Source of the DNA: Macrostomum lignano
Taxonomy: Eukaryota
NCBI GenBank assembly: GCA_002269645.1
Contig: NIVC01004103.1
Coordinates: forward strand, 1 to 44,228
DNA length: 44,228 nucleotides
Reading direction: 5' to 3'
Each line of letters begins with the position of its first letter. The first letter of the stretch is position 1. The notes under the pieces were generated by a model that worked only from the letters and a program-made list of their open reading frames with translations, made no database searches and was not told the origin of the DNA. This document shows positions 23,037 to 33,930 of this stretch, piece after piece. The translations under genes and the position numbers were made by a program.

Positions 23037-25727
23037 CAACTGGTTGCCCCAGAAGGATGAGCCGGCTGACGGAGCAGCGAAATCAGCCGTGCATTGGCCG
23101 TTCCAATTGCAGCTTCGCTTGTTTCCACACGGCGTGCCGACCGGGGCTCTTAGTCCGCTCTTCGTCACCGGCTTCAAGGCGAGCTCGGTCAGCGAGCAAT
23201 GAATTTTTGCGCAGATTGCAGCTGGAGTCATTAAACTCGCTGTTTGGAGGTAAAAATGACCAGGAGTTGAAGGAAAAGCCAGCCGGCAGACTTGATCGAG
23301 GGTCAACCGGGCGCCTTCGCTCGCGTTCGAGGTCAGAACAGCTTTAGCGGTGCTTTGGCGACTTTTTAAACAGGAATGGTTGAATTTAGTTAGAAATATA
23401 CTTAGTATTTGTATGAATATAATAGAACATTTAATCCTGAAGTTTTTTCACTTAGTTTCCCAGCTAAACTTCATTCAAAATTTAATAGATAATTTGTGAT
23501 CCGACCGGGCGTTGCTTGATTTGGTGTTAAACCAGTGAGACGTGGCTCTTGTGCGTTGATGCGGGGGTGGTGGGCCGGGTCTAGGTCACTCAGTTATTAT
23601 ATACTTTGTTATAATCTTGTCGTACAATTAATTTATTAATAATTGATCACACCTGCCCCAATTGGGCCAGATGTGCGACTGACAGCTCAGCCGCAGCTAT
23701 TGCGCCGCGCATTGAAGGCTGCGTACGGCTGTTCAGTCCAAGGACTGGGGGGGTCACCACACACACCCAAACACACCCATTTTACAGCTCGGTGGAACTG
23801 AAGCAATGTAGAGTTAAGTGTCTTTCTCAAGGAAACAAATTGTTCCAGTGGGATCGGGAATCGTACCCCCGACCTTTCAATCATAAGTCCGACACTAACC
23901 ACTAGGCTACAACCCCCTCACTAGGCTACAACCCCCTCATACAGTACTTATAGATATCTTATTTGTTGCATACTTGTGCTTAGGAAGCTCTTCATTTCTT
24001 CCACACTGCACTTCGAAAACCGGTAGGAGTTCGCCACGTCACCAATACTGTAGTCGCTAAGCACAGGCGTCTGAATAAACTTGCGCCATTTCTCGCACTG
24101 TGGCTTGTTGTCGTCGTGGTCCGCGCCCAAACTGTGTGCCAGCTCGTGCGCCGCGACGCCCCAGCTGTGCAGCCCCTCATCCTTGACTATGCTCAGCCGT
24201 TGGTCGCTGCAAGCGCCGGCAAATAATGCCACTCCGGCGATTTCAGAACCTGCTTCATTAAAACGAATGTTACTGCGCGTGAACGCCATCACGTGATCAG
24301 CTGGCTTGTCCTTCGCGTAGGCCATCATGTAATAAAAGTCGACTTCGGCATTTGTATCTGCTAAAACAAAGGGGTGTGGGTCATTTTTGAACGGGAATTA
24401 TTCTTACATAAAATCTAAAATCTGAATTTTTTCAACTGTAGAACTACCGAGCAGGACCACTAGAAGTTACCGTTCTTCTAGTGGTCCTTTCTACCGAGTA
24501 AAGAGTGCTGTGAACTAGGAAGACTGATAGTTTTTCGATAAATATTAACTATAAAATTGTTCAGTATAATTGCTACAACCTGAGGATCGTTAGTGCTGTG
24601 CTCCTATAATAACGCTCCATATACGTGCCACATGGTAGAGTATTTTCTGTCTTCATTTCACAAAAACAGATATTTTATCACTAGCTGACGAGCTTTTGGA
24701 CTTCATTAAGATATTTTAGTTGGTGCATCATAGATTAGGGTAACTACCGCCGACGCACCCGACATACTACGAGTTTACTACAGAGTTGCCGATGTAATAG
24801 CAGTTTGTTTACCGCAGCAGTTTGGTTTCGATAATTTTTGTGTGGGCTGCCCTTTGTAATCTAAGGGACGTTCTGCGGTCAGAAACGCTATTCTTGAAGT
24901 TTCGCTTTGCAACATGTTTTCTTGCGTTTTTATTAAGTGGAATTGAAAAAGTAACTTATATACGCAATTATTACGTACATTACGCTCAATTTTTGTAAGT
25001 GTAGGTGCCCAAAACAACGCATAAAAGTGGACACAGGATTACCATAGTAGGGTCCCGATTTTGACATCCATTTCACATCTGCCAGAGTCTTAGACACCGT
25101 GAGACCGACGCACTTGACACTGATTGACGGCTGTCCGATGTTCCTAAACGCTGTGTCCATGCCATTCAAAATGTGCGTGTAATAAAAGTGAAGTTCCGTC
25201 AACGCCTTGTCATCGTTTCCGTAAACTGTTTTAAACAAATTCCACACCGTGTGGTCGCAAAGGATGAGGAGCTCAACCTCGTACTCCGTAGCTGCTTGAT
25301 TCCCCTGTCGCTTCTTGGGGCTCAAAACCTGATCTATATTGATCTTGTGCGATTTGATACTGCCTGCAGTCTTTGCTACGCTGCTGTTAGTAATGAAGTA
25401 GGCGGTACCTTCGTGCATGACGTGACCGTTTATACGTGTATCGTTGTTTTGAATCCGAACACTAATGATGGACTTAGTCTTAATGTCTCGATAGTGAGCG
25501 TGGTCACCATGATGGGCTTGTTCGCCTGAGAACGTCCTTGCTATGCCATTTTCTATCACCGTGATAGGCGCATTGTCCAATATGTTAGTCCTGATCAGCG
25601 GGATCCGAGCTTTTTTATTCGTTTCCGGAAGCTGAACTTCAATCTCCATAAAAGTGGGGTGCCGTCCATCGTTGCTCGTCCGAATCACCGAGACGGAAGC
25701 TTGTGCCGCTGAAATAGCAAGCAGCAA
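23037..25727 (-). CDS. ADAMTS-like / reprolysin (M12B) zinc metalloprotease: signal/pro region, catalytic domain, Cys-rich domain
   Basis: Hydrophobic ILVILLLAISAAQA N-terminus, KKR furin-type site, EYEVELLILCDHTV, HELAHSLGADHD zinc motif, YRFSKCSVEEMKSFL, and ADAMTS Cys-rich exon TLDQVCRLAF..CAKIHC..APVGTPCGNKRSC..GQC. Exons approx 25727-25043, 24360-23974, ~23342-23037; further Cys-rich exons are possible down to ~22100. Confidence 0.85.
23640..23917 (-). mobile_element. tRNA-derived SINE with CORE-like central domain
   Basis: Minus strand starts ggggttgtagcctagtggttag (A box) ... gggtacgattccc (B box-like), followed by ccttgagaaagacacttaactctacattgct..ctgtaaatgggt, similar to the MIR/CORE domain. 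A 19-bp duplication sits at the head, and there is a related partial copy at 40615-40790. Confidence 0.8.
24452..24490. mobile_element. 39-bp palindromic micro-MITE with 8-bp target-site duplication; same family as 5496-5541
   Basis: Perfect 14-bp stem aggaccactagaag / cttctagtggtcct, flanked by ctaccgag at 24444-24451 and 24491-24498. Confidence 0.7.
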
Positions 25728-26059
25728 TATGACTAAAATTGATCCAGACAGTCAAATGAATACAATTGATTCAGCCTTTTGAAAAATGAAAATTCATTAA
25801 AGCAAAACAATACTTTCAAACGCACTGCATTATAATTGAAAAAGACACGTGTTAAAAAGTTAATAAAATTGAAAATTTATTCGCTATAGATTATGCTTTT
25901 TGCTTTCTTAAATACCCAAAAGGCGAAAAAGCGCTAGTTTTTAGAATTATAAGAGTATTCAGTGTCACTGAAATAACCAGCATCAATAAAAGGTAATTTC
26001 TGCTGCGGAAATGTTACCTTGGAAATAAATCAAATTTTCCGTTGCTATACATATGTAGT

Positions 26060-29000
26060 TGCGCTATTTAAATTTGCGATTATTTTAGCGTAATTTATAC
26101 ATGTAGCTTGGGCGCGTTTTTACGCATTTTTGTGTTTATATTGAAGTCGTAGGCATTCTTACATAGGATTTTCTGAAAAAATTGCGATGAGATCTTATAT
26201 TTTTGACAGTCAATCGAATTGTTTGAGCACTATTGTAGAGTGCAGGTAATAAAGCCGCTAGTAATAATAGTAATAATATGCTTATAATAAAGACATTCTG
26301 CTAAATTTCTGAATCGCCGAAATACAGCGAAACAAAGAAATCGATTATCGCATCTGACAGTTGCCGTTGCCGTTATCGAGTAGTCGTGTATAAGCGATGA
26401 AGGTAATTGATTCGCAAACAGAATCACCTAAATAAAAATCATTGGTGATTTCCTAAACTCAACGCTTACTTTTCCTGGTTAATTATAACTCGATTCACTG
26501 TTCAAAAGAAAATGAGTAAGACTAATAGGACAGCACAAAACATTTTCAAACATCACAAAAATGTTTGGCACCCGACTTGCGTCAAATGTGCCGCGAGCTC
26601 TCAATAGCTTAAACAAAAACGGCAAAAAATGCATGCCTTTGTTTATTCGTTCCTTTCAGACAAAAATGCAACATCCGAAAACATAAAAAACTCGCATTGG
26701 ACGGCAACTTCACTTCCGAAAGTAAATTTTATGCGCAGTCAACAGTCAAGCTCGGCATAGCTCGCTAGTGCGAAGAGTGATTCTGCAATGGTTATTTTTA
26801 TACATAAAATTTATCCAGCCGAAGAATTTTACCAGGTACAATACTTACAATACCTTCCTCTGATTTTCCCTTACCTCTTGCACAAGCTCAAAATTGCTCA
26901 ATTGATAAATTTTCAGTGTCTAAATATATTAAACCCGGCGTAAAAGTTTTGAGCTTACGATATTGCAGGCTTGAGAAGTAACCCTTCTGTGTGTCTCAGA
27001 GTTTTTTATCTTCTCTCTTCAAACGATACAACCATATCTATCTCAATCATATTGATCATCGCTCTCCAGCTCACCTGTTTCTTATCGATGCCATCCAATT
27101 GCTCAAGAGTGACAGGCTTTCAATGTGGGCTTTTCGGAGTACAGCCTCGCCCTTAGATTCATTCGTTGCAGATTCACCGCTGGCAGTCAAGGCGCTTCGC
27201 AGACTTGCCAACTCAGCCAGCAAACCCTGCAGTTCCTTCTCAGCTTCCGTCAATTGCCTCATCTGCTCTTCGGTAGATTCAGTGGAAGTAGCCGCTCTGT
27301 GTGCTTTCAGGAGTTCGGCAGAATGCAAACGCTTGGTTGAGTCTGTGAGATCAGCGATTCTGTTTCTTACTTCTGACAGGATTGACGTCGAGCTATAAAG
27401 CGAAATACATCGGTTAGCAGTTTAGGATGATGTTTAGGAAATCTACGAGGTGATGTTTGAGGTTTTTAGACTGATTTTAAGGAGTATTTTGAAAAGTTTT
27501 GGGGGATGTTTGAGAAGTCTAGGAGGACATTGGAAGGGTTAATAAATGCTTGATAAATTTCTGCAGAGCAAAGTTCTGCGAACCTGTCGATAAGCATATG
27601 GTTCTTTAACTCACCTGTTGATACTCGAGCAGCTCTCAGTCCTCACTGTTCTGCTGCTATTAAACCTGGACGAATTTGAACTTTCAGTGTTTAGAGAGGC
27701 GGCCACGAAAGAACGAGGTTGATGACTATTTACTTGACGATGTCGATGACCTCTGAGCAGACCTGAGTTGTGACCTTTGTAAAGCATTGCAAATGACAGT
27801 TGATGCGTCAAATACTAGACTAATTCGAAAGCTAGGAATTCATATTTCATTTCGGTAAGGTTGTTGCGAAATCCTTTAAAAATTAGAACTTATTTCAAAC
27901 AAATAATACTTGATTAGTATAGGGGGTGTTTAATGAGGTTACGGTAATGTGGGTGATGCTGAGAGTGATGCTTTGAGACTCCAGGGTTACTTTTGAGTAT
28001 TTTTATGCACGATTATTATTGCATTTGTTCGAGAAAAAGACTGTGAGCCATCTGTACTATTATTAATTGCCGTATTATTTACCCAGTAGGTGTTTGCTAA
28101 GTGAATTCATAAAAGTACTTAAGTTGCCTAGAAGAAGTTCAAGGACGGGATTCGTCTTTGGGCCAGGAAGAAGACTTCGGCACAAAGGTACTTTTAGCAA
28201 TTACTTTACATAGTATTCAGTAATTAGGAAGTACCAGCTTGTACATGTAATTATCAAATATAAGATAAGATAATTTAAGATAAAGTCACTACAACCTAAT
28301 CAATAGTAAAAGCAGTCAATAATTTATGTGAACAGCTAATGCCAAAAATAGAAGTCTATCAATTACACTGAAACAGAATCTCACCGGTCTGCATGAGAAT
28401 CTCACTGGACTCGCTACTGGTGGCTCGGTCGCCCTGGTCGCAGAAAGACCTCTCGCCATACGTGGTGCTTTCTGTAGTGCCGGCATCGGGGGTTGGCGTG
28501 GAGGTGATGGTGAGGCCGCCGGAGTACAACTGCAGGTATTCACCTCGCGAATATGAACTGCTTGTTGTGGTTGTTGTTGATGACACTTGCACTTGCTGCT
28601 GCTGCTGTTGCTTAAGAAATAGTAGAATAATTATAAAAACATTCTTTTACTTTACCGGTATTTTTACCTATTTTTACTCGTGAAATATTTATAACATGCT
28701 ATTGTACACCGTAGCCACCTGCTAATCGACACTAAAGCTACCTGTTAATGTGCACTAGAGCTACCTGTTAATGTGCACTAGAGCTACCTGTTAATGTGCA
28801 CTAGAGCTACCTGTTAATGGACACTAGTGCTACCTGTTAATGTGCACTAGAGCTACCTGTTAATGTGCACTAGAGCTACCTGTTAATGTGCACTAGAGCT
28901 ACCTGTTAATGTGCACTAGAGCTACCTGTTAATGTGCACTAGAGCTACCTGTTAATGTGCACTAGAGCTACCTGTTAATGTGCACTAGAGCTACCTGTTA

Positions 29001-31270
29001 ATGTGCACTAGAGCTACCTGTTAATGGACACTAGAGCTACCTGTTAATGTGCACTAGAGCTACCTGTTAATGGACACTAGTGCTACCTGTTAATGGACAC
29101 TAGAGCTACCTGTTAATGTGCACTAGAGCTGCCTGTTAATGGACACTAGAGCTACCTGTTAATGTGCACTAGAGCTACCTGTTAATGGACACTAGAGCTA
29201 CCTGTTAATGTGCACTAGAGCTACCTGTTAATGGACACTAGAGCTGCCTGTTAAATGGACATATCTGCTACCTGTTATAGTGGACAATATAATAAAGCTG
29301 TATATACACTGTGTAAGGAAAAGTATTGCTAGCTAGAATAATTAATTTGTTAATGTACAATTCTACCTGAAAATCAAGAGCTTTTACAACGTTTTAACTT
29401 TTGCACCGATCGTGATTAATAACGTTGAGTTGATCAAGTCAATTAAAACAAATATTTGCCCACCCAAACAGAGCTGAAACCGACAGTTCGAGCCACCGAA
29501 GATGATGACATAGTGAGATGGCATTCATTGCTAGCCTCTTGATTGAACCGTTCGACTGCTTGATCGCCTGAAACACACACCAAGTCAAGCACTGCGCTCA
29601 CTGCCGAAGTCACATTGAGCAGCTCTTGAATTTTTCTGTCCTTTTTCTGTCAACAAGCAAATATGAAGCAAAGCGATTGCATTCCATTATTTTTCACAAA
29701 AATGTCACTGAAAAAGTCATCAATTTGAGCATACCTGAACGTCAAAGCCTAGCTGTTCAATTCTTTGCATGCAGCAAATATGCCTCCGCTTCTTGGAATC
29801 CGCTGTCAAGTGGACATCCTCTTGAAGATAATTAAATATACTTTAGTAATTTTTATATTTGAAAGTGACGTAGTTTCAGAACGATCTTGATTAAAATACA
29901 CTCACTATGACACGTCATCGGTAGGTGCTTCAAGTCGCCAGATACCGCTGAAATTATCGACTTGAATATTAAATGCAAACCTTCTCGCCATTGGTCAATA
30001 TTTACGTTTTCGGGGATTTAGGGCACTGCTGCAAGTAAAGGCATAGTCAGTCATGTACAAACTCTGTGTCTTGACAGGATGACCTTCATAGGTTTGAATC
30101 GCACAGCCAGCCCCTGTCAAGTGTCTTTGCACAGTAGCGAGAGTCGGATGCGGCTTCCGTTAAGATAAAAAAAGTGTTCTGCCCCTGTCAGACATCTTAC
30201 CAGTTAGTAGATTCCGTTGAGGCTTGAACTCAGCTAGACGATCTTCAACAGCCATCCAGACAGTTTGCAGCTTGTTCACAGATTTTGCGAGCAGCAGACT
30301 CAGCTGGGGCTCCAGCTGGCAAAGTCGGCGGGCTTCCCGACAGGCTGCTCTGAGCTCCGGCAGATGATGGAAAAGCAAGCGCTCAGCTTCCTGCAGAGAG
30401 GATTGGAAGGTGCGAAATCTGGGGAGAATGGAAGTACAGTCTGAGGATCTGGGAGCCTGCTGGCCCAACAACTGAGGATCTCGGAGGCTGCTGGTTTAGC
30501 GATTGAGGATCTGGGAGGCTGGCCCAGCAACTGACACTCTGGGAGGCTGGTGACCCAACAACTGAGGATCTGGGAGGCTGCTGGCTTAGCAACTGAGGAT
30601 CTGGGAGGCTGCTGGCTTAGCAACTGAGGATCTGGGAGGCTGACCCAGCGATTGAGGATCTGGGAGGCTGCTGGCTTAGCAACTGAGGATCTGGGAGGCT
30701 GCTGGCTTAGCAACTGAGGATCTGGGAGGCTGACCCAGCGATTGAGGATCTGGGAGGCTGCTGGCTTAGCAACTGAGGATCTGGGAGGCTGCTGGCTTAG
30801 CAACTGAGGATCTGGGAGGCTGCTGGCTTAGCAACTGAGGATCTGGGAGGCTGACCCAGCGATTGAGGATCTGGGAGGCTGCTGGCTTAGCAACTGAGGA
30901 TCTGGGAGGCTGACCCAGCGATTGAGGATCTGAGCAACTGAGGATCTGGGAGGCTGCTGGCTTAGCAACTGAGGATCTGGGAGGCTGCTGGTTTAACAAC
31001 TTGAGGATCTGAGAGGCTGACCCAGCGATTGAGGATATGGGAGGGTTGAACTAAGGGTCGCGGGCTAAAAAATAGGTTTAACAGTTAAACTTGAAAACGC
31101 CAGTGACAAACCAGATAGTTAGTAAACTTTATCGAAGTAAAAACAGTCGATCGCTCCATCAGTTGATGCAACTCGTTGAGCCAATCATTGACTCGCCGGC
31201 ACTGGGCATTGAAGGCATTCAGATCGGATCTGTGCGCCCTTAGAATGCTGAATGAAGTAGCCCTCATCAT
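26060..31270 (-). CDS. Spectrin-repeat protein, 3' exons; probably nesprin-like (KASH-type tail)
   Basis: Spliced exons with spectrin-like text: DLNAFNAQCRRVNDWLNELHQL (~31250-31130), FRTFQSSLQEAE..KLQTVWMAVEDRL (30418-30201), a Ser/Thr-rich exon (~28620-28380), and EEQMRQLTEAEKELQGLLAELASLRS (27395-27074, resembling the last nesprin-1 repeat). A terminal segment ~26420-26060 carries a hydrophobic IISILLLLLLAALLP stretch across apparent frameshifts. Confidence 0.55.
28737..29275 (+). repeat. 23-bp minisatellite (gctacctgttaatg[tg/ga]cactaga), >20 copies, intronic
   Basis: Direct repeats read from the sequence; two main variants (gtgcac / ggacac). Confidence 0.95.
30440..31040 (+). repeat. 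Minisatellite of 31-bp and 28-bp units with a 90-bp higher-order period, intronic
   Basis: A = actgaggatctgggaggctgctggcttagca (31 bp), B = actgaggatctgggaggctgacccagcg (28 bp); repeated AAB pattern. Confidence 0.9.
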
Positions 31271-31789
31271 ATGAATAACTTTCTATGCCAGTGTCTCAGG
31301 TATCGGATCAACCTGGGTGAAGAGTGTCACTACATTGTTAGTTTCCAACGCATTTTATAATAAGAACTATTTATAAAAATTCGTATTATTCTTACCTTTC
31401 CAGAGAAGCCTATGTTGTATGATTTTAGACAAGCGTGATCTTATTTTTCTGACACATTCAAACACGCATTTATCAAACTTTTGTTTCAATATGGAACTGC
31501 TGGAGTGGGCTGTCTTGAAAATTGAGAATTTTAATTCTAAATAGTAAATATTGAACTTGCAGCTGTCTATGTCTAATAGCATAACTAAAATTTATGTTAT
31601 TAAGCAATTAGCTAGTCTAGTGTTATTTATATACTGCCATAACGAATTTTATAAAATATATAACACTCAAATTCAAACATTATTCACTTAATGTGATGCA
31701 TGTGCTTCTAGATTCTGTAATCTTCTAGCCTTTACATATTTTCACTTCTGTATTCTGCATTCTACAAGTGAATTACTCGTACACATAGT

Positions 31790-32240
31790 GCTTGCTCAAC
31801 AAGCTTAGCCAACCCACAAAGCAGTTAATCGTAAGAAATATTTCTCAGCTTTGGAAAAGCTACGCCCATGAAAAATGCTCGGCAAAGAATCGACGGATGA
31901 GCTATTTTTCCAAAAGTTGGACCAGAGACGGAAACAACTTTTCTGAGGTCAACTGCATTGGTGCCAGTGAGTTATAACAAGAAAGCATACTTGCAAACTC
32001 ACTGGCGAGCTTCCGGAGTCTACAAAGCCACAATCCCTTTTGTCAAACTGGTTTCCTCAAAATCAATACGGTCGCTTACGAAAAAAAACTTGCAAGTGAG
32101 ACGAAGTTGGAGACTTTACCGGAAGCCAAGGCAGACGCAAATGAAACTTTGACAAAGCATTTATAGAATCCATTGTTTGAAGACAAAATTCAGCCAGTCC
32201 AAGCAACTGTTGCTTCATCGATAGCCTCGTTTAACTGTAG
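31790..32240 (+). pseudogene. Decayed ORF of unknown origin
   Basis: Protein-like frame AVNRKKYFSALEKLRP*KMLGKESTDELFFQKLDQRRKQLF*GQLHWCQ*VITRKHTCKLTGELPE... with repeated TGA/TAG stops and one frame change. No family recognised. Confidence 0.35.
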
Positions 32241-33173
32241 TCGTTGATTAGCTCAGGTGACTTTTCGTTATGAACGTGTCTGCATTTCTCATACGAGTCA
32301 ACGTTACCTGTCGTCAACGTATATTTTTAATAGAATCAGCCTACAGCTTGTCAAGATTAATACTGTCAAGACTAATTAGTTTTAAAATATGTATAGAAAT
32401 ATTTGTTAGCAAAACGTATACTCGTAATTTGCTCTTATTAGTTAGGCAATTGGGTACCATGCTATCCAGCCGACGCTTGCTAGGCAAAGGTTTGCTTGCT
32501 TTTACAGTCGAATAAATTTACGAATACAATTGTGAAACCTTATTACAGAATGCAGAGTACTTCTAATGCGCGTAGCTGATTCTTAACTATTGTGATTCAC
32601 TCTTGTGTACGCTCGTATGAGGTGTCCTCTCGTCTCATAGCTTAAAGTACAAAACAGGAGATTAACCATTTCGTAGCTGCAATTTAGAACACAAAAAAGT
32701 TACCACGACTCAAGACGTCTGTAAAAAGTCAGTCGGCAATTGAAAGTTGGCAATTAAGTATCGGCTGATCACTATCTCAGTTCATTCGATGGCTTATTAC
32801 ACGAACTATAATTCGTGCCTCTATAATGCCTCTATAATGCGTACAATTGCAAGTTAATACAATGGGGCTATTCCCACAGACAGAATGTGTCCTCGAAAAC
32901 AAAATTAATACTAAAGATATCGTTTTGCGGTATGATACCCTTTAACTATTGAATAGCAACAGCGGGACTCCCACCTTACCTTTACTTCGTCTTAATAGCC
33001 CGTTTACACTATCACCAATAGGACCATCAAACCACGTGATCCACAAACCAAACTGGCCAATAAAAAAGTTCGTCCGATAAAGCGCACACGCAAATGGCAT
33101 CTTAAATAGAAAAATATCCGACAATTTGTTCTTGTATGGCCTTCACGAATTCTTGTCAACGGAAAAGTCTCAA

Positions 33174-33930
33174 ATGAACTCAAAACGCTCACTGCAGCTG
33201 CTGCTCAGTGCAGCCCTCTTCTTGATGCCGATATCGACTCAAAGCCTGTTCCAGACTGTCAGAACTCGCAGTGCGGTGGCTCCGACAGTCACGGACTCTG
33301 CGCCAGGCAGCGTCAGCCTGGAGTGCGCATCGCTCTGCGCCCTGAGACCCGCCTGCTTCGGCTTCAGCCTGCTGCGGGGCCTCTGCCGCTTCTTCGATCT
33401 GTGGGCTTTTGAAAACGGCACTTGGCACAGCTCGGATGAGTGCGACCTGCACATCATGCTGACGGGTGAGTCCTCACTGTGAACCCGCCCGAGTTTTGGT
33501 TCGATAGAATAACTGAAAGGAACTGTGGGATATTGCAGACAAAGCCAAGCTGCAATTCATCAGCTGCCAGCAGAGCTCGGTTGAACACGGCTCAGTGTGC
33601 GGGAAGGCCATCGATGGAGTCAAAAATCAGGACGGTAAAAAAGGATTCTGTAGCCACACTGGTAAAGGAAAAAGCGGCTGGTGGGAGGGCCAGCTGGCCA
33701 GACCTGCCTTCATCTCTCACGTCACCATCTACAACAGAGTTGACTGCTGCATGAACCGACTCAACAAGCTGTCACTGATTGCTGACGGTGTCGAGTGCAA
33801 CCGGGTGGACCTGACGGTGCCGTTCTCTGTGGCCAGCTTCACCTGCAAGGCTTTCGGCAGCAAAGTGAGGATTGTTAACCTGCAAGACGTACCTTTGAAT
33901 ATGTGTGAAGTGGAGATCTACGGTCGCTGA
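33174..33930 (+). CDS. Secreted PAN/apple + F-type lectin (fucolectin) domain protein, 2 exons
   Basis: Exons 33174-33465 and 33539-33930 (phase 1). Signal peptide, ECASLC..CFGF...C PAN pattern, and an exact F-type lectin fucose motif H-x26-R-x-D-x4-R (SHT...NRVDCCMNRL), ending CEVEIYGR. Confidence 0.9.

Noticed and set aside
23850-23917. tRNA gene
   Set aside because: A and B boxes are present, but it runs into a CORE-like SINE body and a second partial copy exists. It is a SINE head.
28737-29275. CRISPR-like array
   Set aside because: Units are contiguous with no unique spacers and there are no cas genes; the context is a eukaryotic intron.
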